Source: Rhizodiscina lignyota (taxonomy: Eukaryota). Taken from it: a stretch of DNA of 64,000 bases. Below, piece by piece: positions 1 through 12,655 of this stretch. A program made the translations under genes and the position numbers. Position 1 is the first letter of the stretch. The number at the start of each line of letters is the position of its first letter. Location of the stretch: contig ML978126.1 in NCBI GenBank assembly GCA_010015805.1, positions 62,001 through 126,000 of the forward strand, read 5' to 3'. The notes under the pieces were generated by a model. It did not search any database. It was not told the origin of the DNA and saw only the letters and a list, made by a program, of their open reading frames with translations.

Positions 1-928
1 GAAAGACTTACACCAAGAAAGCGACGAGTAACATAATCGCCGTGGCTCGGCTGATCTTCAAAACTTCATTACCGAGATGTGTGGTGTCAAAATCTGCATC
101 ATTTCGAAGAGCAGCGGAGAAGGCCGACGGGATAACGAGACCCACTACAAAGCATAATTAGAACGCGACTTGAAGATATTGGTTTGGATGCCCTACTTCC
201 TGCGACTAGCATTAAACCGCTCCCGACCTCACTAACCGCCTCGTGGAATTTTTGCTCATCCCGTTTTATCCCTCCCACCAAGAAGCACAGCCCCAAGCAG
301 AGAAGGAGGTTGGCCAATATAGAACCAAGAATAGCAGCCTTAATAATCCGGACCGCATCATCATGGTTCTTGATAGTCGCGATCAGGATGACGAACAGTA
401 TGATTTCCACGACGGAGCCGAGAGTAGTCTCTAGAATGACGCCGAACACTTTAGGGAGTTTTCGGGCGAGTTCTTGACCAGCGAAACCAATGAGATTCGC
501 AGCGGGGACCATGGCGATGTAACTGAGTATGAAGATGGCGAGATGCCAGTCTGGACGGGCCCAGTGCTGAGTCCTTGTTTAGCATCGATCCTCTTCCAAG
601 GAGTGATATATAAACGTACAAGTGCCAGAGCAGCAGGAACAGCAGGCCAGAAAACGTTCACGGCCGCTGATACTTTGTTACTGCTCCTCCCACATATCGC
701 CAGAAACTTCAATGGGTGTATGCCACTCCTATAGCTCTCGCCATCCGGCTTGATCCATGGTGTGTGTTGGCCCGCAGTTCTGTGAAATGGCAGTCGATGA
801 TCGCGATGAGGAGGTACAGTTTCATCGGCCTTGGGCTCGGGCTCCGGGGCCTCCTCTGCAGAATGACGAGCCATGGAGAAGGGTCGATTCGAGCGTTGGG
901 AGGAAGGGGGTTTAGGCCGTGTAGTCAT
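1..928 (-). CDS. Ca2+/H+ exchanger (CAX/Vcx1 family), multi-exon, 3' part runs off the left edge
   Basis: Spliced reading of ORFs 431..928 and 99..512 gives MVPAANLIGFAGQELARKLPKVFGVILETTLGSVVEII...AAILGSILANLLLCLGLCF, the alpha-1 repeat of CAX exchangers; introns near 570-620 and 150-195. Confidence 0.88.
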
Positions 929-2425
929 GGACTACTCTCTGTTGAGGGCTGGCGGTAAGAGCTCAAGGAATTGCTTCTGCGGCATCAATTCGCGGGATAC
1001 GAAGGTAGGAGCCGAGGAGCTGACTGCTTCGTTAGTGACGCCGGAGAGATGCTCCAAGCTCAAGGAGTGATGAGAAGGATTAGAGGAGCTCGAAAGGAGT
1101 GACGAGCAGTTGGAAGTCAAGAGTCTGGGCAGTTACAGAATCCGGTTGAGCGTGTTGTACAGCTGAGGTGGACCGACCAGTGGATTGGCATCGCCAAGAG
1201 ACACTCTAACGTGCGCGTGAAATTTGCCAGCCAAGCAATCTTCCACTGTGTTTGCTGATAATTTTTCAATCAAATTGGCCTGTTTCTCTCGACCTCGAGA
1301 GATCTGGACTGCTTTTATTTGCCCAATATGCTCTCCATTTTGCAATAATGCTTCGGTTTCTTCGTCTTTCTTGAGTGTGGAGCCGCCGTGCTTCGCCCCT
1401 TGTCAGCCAAGCAGTGGCATATGCACCTTGCCTCGAATCGGCAATGGCTGCGGTACAAGCCTATTTCTGAGCTGAAGTTCATGCTGTGTACTTTTGTTCA
1501 TTTTCGTTGTTGAGAGGGCATCCATATCTTATATACACTTCTCTACATTCCAACGACGTGGAGGGTTGAGGTTCGATACACATATCACGTGTTGCGTTAT
1601 CCTTCCCGCCCGCTGGCGCCAGGCGATGTCGAAGGTGACCAAAAAGTTGCGCCTACTACGACCGCGTAGGATTGGTATCCTCTTCTATCAATACGAGTTA
1701 TATTTATCATATTTCTACATTTTGAGCAATTACTAGATACCTAATTCATATTTAGTAAAGCTCTCTCAGACACGCTTTCCGTTGCGTAAAACACGAAACT
1801 TTTTCCTGTTACAGTTACACCATCTCCGCGTTCTCGGACCGATGCGCATCTATTTTGTGACCTCGGGGGCGGCTCGATGCGCAAGCCACTCGGCGCGAAC
1901 TGCGGATAAACTGCGATGTGTGGTGGAGATTGCAGCTTCATTCGGCTGATCCATGCCCTATGTCGATGAGCTGGCCTTGTGCCTGGGGTTGATGCTTATA
2001 AGGGTCCAGCCTCCCCAAAACGATGCTCTTGGGAACACAGTCCTAGGTCTGCGCGATTTGGCAACGAAATACTGCCTATATTCTTCTCTGAGGGCATTCG
2101 AGTCTCTCATCGAAGTTCTGTTGTCAACTTGCCATGCTCAGCCACTCGCGGACGATGCCGTCATACACCCTTCCATCTCCACGCCTGAGGCCGCCTCGAC
2201 TCATACATCATTTCGACACAACTTGACAACCATCCCATCTTGTGTATCGTTTCACCCAAAACATTTACGCCAGTTCCAGGCTTCCTTCCTCATCCTGTCA
2301 AAAGCATTGCTTTGCAGGCGCAGCGGAATCACCATTTTGCCGCTCAGGGTACCGAGTCATCGCTCGGTGCTGGTGGTTCGCTGAGGTTGGTGCCTGATGA
2401 GCTCCAAAGCGTTCAGACTGCACCC

Positions 2426-3994
2426 ATGAACGAGTCAACTTGTGATTGCGTATACTCATATGGAAGTCATCTTCCTCTCTGTCCAAACGGACAGGTAAGC
2501 CGTGCTATTATCTCTACGTGTTTTGTGGCGCTAATGTCTTTCCGAATAGTCCTCGTTCCACCAGGATGGTAACAATTTCGATGCGGATGAGTTCGATGCT
2601 GGAGTCGGCCCTTCTCTAGACGGGACCACATGCGTCGATGGCTATGACGATGTGCTATTGGACCCTGCACTGCGAAATAGCTGGACGTTTAATGATCCTG
2701 GCGTTGACGAGGACCTCCCATACAGCGCCCTCCAGCTTAACAGCACGATCGAAGCGCACATCGCTTCCGTCGGTCACCTCTTCACACGGCACTTGAATGA
2801 TTCTCTTGAACCACCCTCCCAAAAATCGCACACAACCATACTCCATGACGAAAGCGAGACCGAAGGATTGAGGTGTGACAATTTTATAGACGACCGAGCA
2901 TTCTTCGACACGATATTTCTCTCTGGCCGCTCAGAGGTCTGTCGTGACCTGCAACTGCTTGTTGAGAAGGGCTTCAGACAGCAAGAGACATCTGCGGATC
3001 AGCCATTGTGCGACCTACACGCTCTGCAGACCAGCCTGAAATCCCGATTAGCCGAGTACAACATCAAGGCAGCAACAGTTTCACAGCTAAACAATATACG
3101 TCAGAGTCAGCGATTCAGATCTCTTTGTGACGACCGGCCAAATTCAAGTGCTGACGCTCATCCCTACGGCGATGTCGTCGGCGACCTCCAATCGCTCAAT
3201 GGTTTGTCGGCTACCCAATTGGCCATCATTCTGCTCATATACAGTGAGAAGATACACGAGAAGATTCATCGACCGCTCCAGCTGGGTATCTGTACAGTGA
3301 ACAGGCTGGCCACCGACTCGGATGTGCCTTTTTGCACACTCGAAATTGTCAACGCTCATCCTGATGGCAATGCGCTCACAATTTGGCTGATAAACGACAA
3401 TGTTGAAGGCGTTCCTCAGGATGAATATGGGGACATGACATTGAACCACTGGTCTGGGATAGCCCCTGACCGCATCCCACGTCGTGGCCAAAAAGAAGCA
3501 AAGACAACCGCACCGACGAAGCCAGCGAGTGCGCAGAAGCCGTCCAAGGCGCGGATTGAGAAGGCTGGAAGAGCTGTGTCTGATGCCAACACACCTGATT
3601 TGACAGAATCAGCCAGACAGCCACCGAGCTTGAAATGCACTGTCCCCGGGTGCAAGCGTCGTGAGCCGTTTAAGACGCCTCGCGATCTTAGGTGAGTCCA
3701 ACCTTTCATTCCAGAGCCTGACAAGCCGCTGACATGGTTATTAGACGTCACAGGGACACTGTGCATATCAACGAATCAGATCGTCCCGTCGCCTGCACCG
3801 TCGCCCATTGTAAACGACGCTTCCATTGGAACAAAGACATGAATAGACACGTTCAGGATGTGCATGTCAGATCACATCCTCTTCGCTGTCTGGTTAAAGG
3901 CTGCCCAAAGTATGGGCAAGAGATGAGGAACTGCAAGAGGCACTACGCAAATATGCATCCTGGTGTGGCGCCTCCGACACCTCTCGAGGCTTAG
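2426..3994 (+). CDS. C2H2 zinc-finger protein (three C-terminal fingers), 3 exons
   Basis: ATG 2426, intron from GTAAGC 2495 to AG 2549 or 2564 (both in frame), intron 3692-3744; fingers CTVPGC...RRHRDTVH, CTVAHC...RHVQDVH, CLVKGC...RHYANMH. Confidence 0.75.
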
Positions 3995-4399
3995 GTGTTG
4001 CTACATCAGTTCTGTTGATGATATACGTTTCTATTGGGCGATTTTGGCGTGCAGCGTTCTGATTGGGAGATACCACTTCATTGTACATATTGTTGGATTT
4101 TTGCTTTACGATACCCCACTGACAGTGCGGCAGCGAGCCGTGGCATACGCAAGCATGACAGGACATGGTAATGCGGATATGGTTTACGGGTTACGGGCTA
4201 TGGGTTACAGGTTACTGGTCATTGTAGATGAGACGTGTTATCCACGGATACACTGCCTTCTACTCAAATTGATACGCATTGGACTAAATGATTCTTGAAA
4301 TAATCCGCCTGAGCGGCCCGCCGCCCATGGGCATGGAAAGTTGAGTCCAACCCCAAACATGAATACATTGCATCGAAACAACTTGCGTACATAAGCCCT

Positions 4400-5370
4400 T
4401 CATTTCTCGTGCTTTCTCGGGACCCTGATCCCATGCTGGTCATCCATATGGCGCATGAAGTTGTCCCTTCGGCTAAACCCATGTGTTGCTGAAGCATAAA
4501 TGCAACCTTCCTCCTTACAGCGAAAAAAGCGCACGTTTCCATGCTTCTGGCTACTCTGGTGCCTAAACAAATCCTTCAGGTCATTGAACGCTCTCCCGCA
4601 GTTGTCCAGTCCGCATATATGTTGCGGCCCTTCGGTTTTCTGCTTAATATGCCGTGTCAATTCCGAGTTTCGTTTATACTGCTTTCCACATGTGCAAACA
4701 GAGACCCCGTTAGGCCCAGTAGGTACCGCAGAGTGCGTGGAAGGAGAAGGAGTAACAGCGTGAGAAGGGCTATCCGCCAACCCTATCCCATCGCCCGGTC
4801 TAATGAGCTGATCGGTTTCGTCCTGGGCAACGTCTACCCTTCCAGAGTAGTTAGCTGCAGGAGGGAAACGGTTTGAATAGGCTGGATTGTATGGCTCTCC
4901 GTGTTGATGCTGATTCAAATTCCCATGGAACTCGATTTGAGCATTTGTAGCAGCCGGGAGCTGTGGATCTACACACTGCTCTGCAGGCAGCCCCAGATCT
5001 ATGGTTGTTTCGATCGTAGGCTGTGCTTGATTGATAGTGTAGTTATCGAGTCCTGGGCTTTCACTGTATGCTGTTTGGTTTAGGTCTAGTAGTGTAGGGT
5101 CGATGTGTTGCGGTTTGATTCTGGGGCTATTATATGCGGACGGCGGATGTGCATTTGAAGGTGCAGAAGTTGCAGGTGTGTACTACATTTGATGTCAGAG
5201 GGTAACTGGAGGAGGAAAGGATTTAGAGGTATTCGTACTGGCCAGTGCCCCGAGCCATAGACTCCATTTCCGTGTCCATAGTACGGTTCCCAAGCGTACG
5301 ACTGAGAATGGCTGTAGGACGAGATCGTTTCGCAGTCTCCAGCATACGATGAACTGGTCTCAGACTCCAT
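4400..5370 (-). CDS. C2H2 zinc-finger protein, 2 exons
   Basis: Exon 1 MESETSSS...GHWP joined across a GTACGA...CTGAC...TAG intron (~5183-5238) to an open frame ending in CGLDNC...RHQSSQKH and CKEEGC...FSRRDNFMRHMDDQH. Confidence 0.75.
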
Positions 5371-6860
5371 GATTTGTGATATAATGATGTGTCTTCCGCC
5401 TTGTGAATCCTCGTCGTCTCATTCTTGCAGGCGAAAGACGCTGGCTATCTCAACTCCGACTCCGAACTTCGTCTTCTTCGTCTTTGTCTTCGTCTTAGGC
5501 GTTAGTAGTTTGAGGCAGCAGTCGAGGAAGGTAGTACAACGCCTCTAAAGGGCGGTCTGCGAGCGAAGGGCTTGTGAGAGGGCGGCGAAGAGATTTTCTG
5601 GATGCTTGCGCCCTCATAAGGGCCAAGGTAAATCCATGTGTACACGCCGTGCGGCCTGACTTGGCCCAAAAGGGCTTTGGGTCCCAAATGCTCGCTAGTC
5701 GTATCCATTGTGCAGAGAATCGATATTTGGGGTATGAATTGGTGTCTTTGGACGTGGAAAGCCTTTGGATGTTGAACGGAGATGGGACAATTGACGTAGA
5801 CGATCTTCCTGCCCCTTATGATGTCGGCCGGACAAGCCGCAAGCCACGACGCAATAACCAATTATACCAGAGCCTGCCCTTGCACGGAGATGCAAGCATA
5901 CACTGGGAATCAAATATCAATCATAGCACCGTCCGAACAATGCACTTGCCGAATAATATCTTCCTCACTGGAAGAATACCACAAGTGTCTCACAGCTACA
6001 CAGTTTCGCTGAGGATGACGAAAGAGAGCGGCGATCATAATTAGCCAATCCACACGCAGAGTTCAGAAAGGAAGAGCTCTGCGAACTAAACGAAGGAATG
6101 AAACGCCGAAACGAACACACTTCTGTTCCAAAAGCATTATCCCCAGACACCGAATGACAGTAGCCGCCCACGAAGAGTATACGCTGTTAACGTCTGAAAG
6201 AACTCTTACTGTTCTGTGCTCGCATCTAGCCTTCCCACCTCTCCAGAATTCCTATCCGGTAGCGATAAGGCAACACAACGAAGTAGAAATGACAAGAAAT
6301 GGAACAGAGAGGATTCAGAATTCGAAGATATTAAACGATAAAGAGCTGGTCACGCTAGTTTTATGGACAGGAGCACGTTACACAAAGGAGGGGGGTGCGC
6401 GAATAATAGTTAACACATGCGGTCACACCATCTCCTTGAACGAAATTCTAGCGGTGTGACAGTGTTGCAAGTACGGAGTAGTTGAGGAGCTATGTCTTAT
6501 AACAAGCTCTGGAGTCTAATCGACGCTTGGCCTTGTCCGCAAATGACATGGAAGCCTAGACAAAAAGTGCTGCCCGAAAGCTTAACACACCTTCCTCCTC
6601 GGAGCCCGCCATTCCATGAGTCCATCAAGCAACACGCGTTAGTAGTTCGCATACGTATTCTCGACAGTGGTTCAATGCTGCCCAATCACAGTGACGATGC
6701 ACACACAACAGTGGCAACACAAACATGAGGCGATCCATGTTTCTCGGTTTCAAAAACATACTGAGGGTCCTGCGACAAGTTCATTTATTATAGCAGTAAC
6801 TAATATTAAGGGAGTCGAGAAGTGGTATCCTCCACCATGAAACTCTGACAGCGCTCATAT

Positions 6861-7210
6861 CTAGTTCGAAACCTTGTCCGAGACATGCTTCCTGTCTTTC
6901 TGTCAATAGCTGTCCAATCAACAATGGTTCAACGCCGACATACCCGGTTTGCTTCTCATAGAACTCGCGAGCTTTATCGGTAAGATTCTCATTCGTCTGG
7001 CGGCTTTGGGCGTGGCCAGTCTTCTTCTCCACGAAGTCGAGCGCTGCAAGAGTCCAAAGAGTCAGCAGGACACTTCGCAGTTTGCAATCGATACTGAGAC
7101 GACGTACCCTTGTCGACGTAATCCTCTCTGTTAGGATCCACGTTTCCAGACGAATGGCTGCTGCTGCTGCCGCCTGACAACTTTGAGGCCATTCCCTTCA
7201 GGGCGTCCAT
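6861..7210 (-). CDS. small hydrophilic fungal protein (~77 aa), 3 exons
   Basis: Spliced product MDALKGMASKLSGG...EDYVDK(G/A)LDFVEKKTGHAQSRQTNENLTDKAREFYEKQTGKHVSDKVSN*; resembles the widespread small fungal EDYxDKG...NEKxTDxAR...FEKxTGKxV proteins of unknown function. Confidence 0.75.
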
Positions 7211-7611
7211 TGCGAGCGATTGGATTGATTTGATTTACTAGAGATCGAAGAAGTTACAGTAGAGGTGAATTTTAACTCAAAGCTAATGGGATGAACAACC
7301 ACAGCAGATCTTCAGGGTCTTTATATGCAAAAGAATCAGTCCATTTTCTCGGTCTTTGTCACAGCTCCCATTGAAAGCTGAAACCATGCAAACTACGTCA
7401 TGGCGGGGATTCTGGCCAACTTCAGGTGCGCTTGGTGGGGCCATTTTCAGCACGCCACAAGCCAGCAAATCATCTCGCATCCCTCGACTGGCATAGGCCT
7501 GCAAGATCTGAACCACGCAATGCAAGAAGACCCTTATTACCATGCCTTATCGGCAATGATAGCTTGCAGCAACCAAATCGTTCCCGTGATCTTGCGTACA
7601 AGGCTACAGAG

Positions 7612-8920
7612 TTACAGCTTTCCAGCTACATTTCCAAGACCAGCGGACAAGTCTCCAAGGAACATCCACTTGGAGTCTTCCGCCCAACCTCTCTGTTTCC
7701 AGTCATTTGCACTCTTTGGATAAAAATCTATCACGTCCAATAGGTGCTACTCATTGCATCTCGTCAGCAGTGGCATCTTGTGGGAGATGGACCTGCTCAC
7801 CTCGTCATGCGCCATGCATACAAATACGTTTGGATTCACGTCAAACTCTTGGATTTTCTCGATTGTCTTTTCCGTCGTTTCTTTGTCATGATGCACGCCG
7901 TTCGGCGAAAGCTCGTAGAAGGGCTGCGTCGGCGACTTCTTGAAATGAATGTCGAGGAACAGCGACCCCGGACAGACCGAGCCCGAGTGCGTTGCGCGAG
8001 GCCATGCACCAGTTCTACGAGGGTTGATCGGATTGGGGACAATATGTTTCGGCAGTGGTAGGTATTGGGAAGGCCTGAATTCTCCACCATGATGGCAGCT
8101 ATCGGCCCCCATCAAGATAAATGTTGGTGGGGAGAGCGACGTGCGAGCAAGACCGCAGATGTGTCCCACAGCGTGCTTTGGATTCTATTAACACCTCTTC
8201 TCTCAGAGCATGATGGCATACCTACTCCAGGAGCGTCTAGGAGATAGAACGATCCATCGCCGAAATAGTCAAAGGCAGCAAATCGACCGAGCGTCAGACC
8301 ACCTCCCTCTTTCTCGAAGTCTATCTCTCGAAGGCTGCGTCCACTGCATGATGGTTATTCATGACTCCAAACAGAGAACTAGAACCGACAACGCACCTGT
8401 AGTCAGACTCCAAGAAGGGCGCGTTTTCATTTGCAGGGTACCCGGGCAATAAGGCTTCTTTAAACCCAGGTCCAACAATCAAGTCAGTGCTCTTCGGAAA
8501 TGTACTGGGATCTCCGATATGATCGAAATGCCAATGGGACCAGATCACAGCTTCAATGCTCTTGGTGTCGATGCCGGTTTCTGTTAGGATGTCGGCAACA
8601 TTTTTCTCTGTGTAGAGATCCCATGTACCGTCCGTGACCATCTTGACCATTACTGGCGCCATATTCTCCCAGTCTTTTCGTACACCAAGGTCAAATACCA
8701 ACCGTCTCGTTTCTCCATGCGACTCATGCTCGATGAGGAACGAATACGCCGGCGCAGTCAATTTGTCGTGCCCTTTCATCTGTGGATGCATGAATCTGCT
8801 AATATTCGTTGTCTGGATGAAGCATGTCGTATTAATCACTTTTACAGTGACAGTTTTGTCCCCAGGAGGGAGATGAAGCTCAGGAGCCGGCGCTGCTGGT
8901 GCCAGAAGTTCAGAAGACAT
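7612..8920 (-). CDS. metallo-beta-lactamase-fold hydrolase (AHL-lactonase-like / fungal lactamase-lactonase type), multi-exon
   Basis: HWHFDH (HxHxDH), [16 protein letters not shown] and AHD metal-ligand motifs in the spliced frame; ends ...[18 protein letters not shown] at 7612. Confidence 0.9.
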
Positions 8921-9076
8921 GATGTAATGAGATGACAACAGATTTGGGGGATTTCTCAGTGGCCTTGGGCTTTGAATTCGAGCTCTACGTGTTCTTCGTG
9001 GGTCTTATACGATCTCACGTCGTTTAACAGTCTGGCGCCTTTTCATGCCAAATTGAGGATTGCTAATGCTCCTCTT

Positions 9077-9239
9077 CGCCGCGGACGCTCGCTTGCCCGA
9101 GAGCTTGCCAGGCTCTCGTGGCGGGGTACGCCAACTCCGATTAGGCTCGTATCCTGCCTCGGAGCTCGTACATTAGCCCAGTACAGCATCTATCAACATC
9201 CCTAAATTCAGGCCCCCCCTTAGGCGCCGCGGACCGAGG
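9077..9239. promoter_or_regulatory. candidate Zn2Cys6 binding sites in the divergent lactonase/BVMO promoter
   Basis: CCTCGG 9157-9162 and CCGAGG 9234-9239 (FarA/FarB/Ctf1 core motif); exact 10-bp direct repeat CGCCGCGGAC at 9077-9086 and 9225-9234; CreA-type GCGGGG at 9121-9126. Confidence 0.45.
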
Positions 9240-9526
9240 ACGGTCTAATAATGACCCTTGGGATATACATCGAACCGATTCAGATCTTCCCTGGGCTTGG
9301 CTCAACCTCCACCATTTCGGTATCAAATTCAGAGACGTAAATTGACTTCAAAATGGCACAAGTTATATTTAATATTACTCCAGATGCTCTTCGTTTATGT
9401 CTTAGAAGTGCATTTATTATTCATTTATTCAAGTTCGCTATTATACCATTACTTCAAGACCAGACCGCTATCAATCATCTATGCTCGTACTCTAATTAAT
9501 TCAACTTCACCTTAACAACTCTCACC

Positions 9527-11423
9527 ATGACTTTAGACGGTAAATACGTTGTCGTGGGTTCGATGCTAACTCCAGACAAGAACGCCATTCCATTACCTGG
9601 GGAGAATCATGAGAACAACTGGTACAATCAAGATTTCGATAGCTTCCGCATCTCCGAGCACGTCCTCTTCGAGAAGCGCCCAATCCGCATGAGGGTCGTT
9701 GGTGCCGGGGCTGTTGGTATTCAACTTCTGTACAAGGCGCAGCAAGAACTTGAAAATGTCGAGTACTTTGTTTACGAGAAGAACCAAGAACTTGGAGGAA
9801 CGTGGCTTGTGAACCGATATCCTGGCTGTACATGCGATATCCCAGCTCATAGCTAGTAGGTGACTTTCTTAACTCCTCTCGATGGCAATGTTCCGATGCT
9901 GATGGTACTCAGCCAGTTCACCTGGGCAAGAAATCCCAACTGGAGTTCATTCTACGCAAAATCGGAGGAAATTTGGGAGTACCTTAAAGACACGGCCCGG
10001 AGACACGACTTAGAAAGGCACATTAAGTATTCTCATCGGGTAGAATCTGCTCGATGGAGTGAGCAAGAAGGCTTATGGAAGCTCCGTGTACATGGTCCAG
10101 AGGGAGACTTTGAGGACGAGTGCGAGATTCTGGTCAACGGATCTGGTATCCTGGATGTGCCAAAGCTGCCCGATATCCCTGGTATCAACAAATTCGAAGG
10201 CGAGATAATGCACAGTGCCTCTTGGGATGACAGGTACGATTTGGAGGGCAAGACTGTCGCTGTTATTGGAGGTGGCTCATCGGCTGTGCAAATTGTTCCG
10301 AATATTCAGCCAAAAGTCAAGAAGCTAATCCCCTTCCTCCGAAGTCCAGTCTGGGTCACTACTGGTTTCGGTGCTCAGTATTCTGGACCGGGAGGCACAA
10401 ATTTCCAATATTCTGCAGAGCAGAAAAAGCGGTTCGCCGAGGACCCCAAACACTTTGACGAATACTGCCGTGGCTTGGAAGGAGAACTTAACAAGAGGTT
10501 TACACTTATGCACGGGAAAAGCCAGGATCAGAAACAGTCGCGGAAATTTGTAGCAGAGAAAATGGAGAAGGAGATTGATGGAAACGAGGAGCTGTCAGAG
10601 CATCTCATACCTCAGTTCCCCCTTGGATGTCGGCGGATGACCCCTGGAGAGGGCTACCTCAAGGCACTCAATGCGCCAAATGTACATGTTGTACGAGAAA
10701 GCGTCATTAAGTTCACGAAGAACGCCGTTGCGGACCAGTCCGGGAACGAATATGAGGTCGATGCTGTCATTTGCGCAACGGGCTTCGAGCGACTCTTTTC
10801 GCCTCATTTCGAATGCATCGGCCGCAATGGTGTCGTCCTTGACGAGCAATTTGGGGATCATCCGAAAGCTTACCTCGCAATCATGACTCAAAACTTTCCG
10901 AACCTGTTTCTGGTCCTTGGCCCGAACGGGCCTGTTAGCCATGGCTCGTTGCTTCCGATATTCGAGTGGTATACGCGATATATGTTCAAGATGATCAACA
11001 AGCTACAGCGTGAGAATATCAAGAGCTACGAACCGAAGCCTGAGGCCATGCACGACATCTATAACTATACACACGAGCTTTTCAAGAGGCTTGTGTGGTC
11101 CTCCGTGTGCAGATCTTGGTTCAAGAACGGCAAGATACATGGTCCGGTCACCGCAGTGTATGCTGGAAGTCGTTTACATTACTTCGAAGTGAGAGATGAC
11201 TTCGCTTCCGCCAGTATTTACTAATCTCTTGCAGTTGATGAAAGAAGTGCGATATGAAGATTACATTATACAGTACAGGAGCAACAATAGATTCCAGTTT
11301 CTCGGCAACGGTTACACCACCACGGAGACGAGCATCGACGGCAATCCGGTTTGGTACATGGACATGCTACGAGACGAGGACAAACTCCAACAAGCAGAAC
11401 GGGCGGAGCATGAGAAATCGTAA
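9527..11423 (+). CDS. type I Baeyer-Villiger / flavin-binding monooxygenase (StcW/MoxY-like family), 3 exons
   Basis: GAGAVG, GGTWLVNRYPGCTCD, FEGEIMHSASWD (FxGxxxHxxxWD fingerprint), GGGSSA and ATG motifs; introns ~9856-9912 and ~11189-11234. Confidence 0.93.
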
Positions 11424-12655
11424 AGACGAGATCAAGAGAAAGCGATTTCGAATGGCACTATAAGATGCTGACGCCGGTCTCGAAATTAATGTGCTCCACG
11501 AGCTACATCATAAGAGATAGAGCAAAGCCAAGACACAAGCAAGGCCACAATTTTATCACCATCCCGGTCATTCCAGATCGCACATGCGTGACAGATGTCT
11601 CCACAACTACATATCATCACGCATTATCTTTTATCGATGTACGACCAAATCTGCTTGTGCTGAAGCTTTGCTGTACTCCATTCTGAACCTTGTCTCCGCA
11701 AATCCCCCTTTTTCTTCGTCGCTACACTCACCCTAATGCCAATAGTGCTTCTCGCGTGAGTAGTGAAGTCTCTGAGGTGCTGCCAGGATTAGCTATGCAA
11801 TGTTCACCAGCAGCTCGAGAATCTCAATATATGCCGGGGTGCGAAATGCCAGTTCTTCCAAAATTGACAATCGTTCATAGGAAAAAAGTCGCCGATAATG
11901 ATTATAAAACTGTGCCCTTCCTCGGATACTTTCGTAAAACACTCACGGCAAAGAGGAGACAGTGGAAAGGTTGAAGAAATCAAGGCAATTTTCTATGGCT
12001 TTTGGCGCATTTTCCAAATTGGGCCTAGCTCGTTCGTCTTTGCTACGTTTACGTTTTTCTTTCGTTGCGTCACTAAAACACGTAGTAATTCCAGCCAACC
12101 GAAATTCATTGTGTAAACCGCGGATCCGCGGTAACCGGTAGAGGAGAGGGTTTTTTCTAAACTTAGATGATCTCAGGCTCTTGAGTCTTCTTTCTCTTAC
12201 CCCGAAGGACCATCTCGGCTAAGCAGATCACGCGAATTATGTCCCTTTCACAAAAGCATTTCATCAAGTGCTGAGTTGAATTAATTATTTTGAGTGGATA
12301 CTGAATTCAGGATAGTGAGTTATCGTGATAAAAGAGATGCTAGCTCTTTATGATTGTTGATGTCCGCGAACGTGATATGAGAGCCTTAGCGATTGTGCAC
12401 GGAATCGGAGAATAAAGATATCCTTAAACGTACCCAAGGGCCAAGGTAATAATTGGTCTTTCTAGTAGGATCGACGTTAGCGTGGATTCGAATATCAGTA
12501 TTTGAGGAAACGTCGGTCCAAGCCACGTCTGAGGGTGGATCTCACGAATAGCGAGGAAAAGTGGTCAATGCGATGACAAAGCCTGAATTGGGTTTAATTG
12601 TTTTGAACTATGAGTAGTGATTTGTTTAAATGTACAAAGTGCACTGTAACGACGA

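Noticed and set aside
5502..6459. ORFs of 100-156 aa between the zinc-finger gene and the small protein
   Set aside because: No motifs, mostly non-ATG starts, no convincing splice structure.
9854..9912. Premature stop in the BVMO
   Set aside because: The TAG overlaps a GTAGGT donor; splicing restores HSYQFTW.
12040..12170. Helitron or Tc1/mariner terminus
   Set aside because: Hairpin is not followed by CTRR and no partner inverted repeat or transposase remnant was found.
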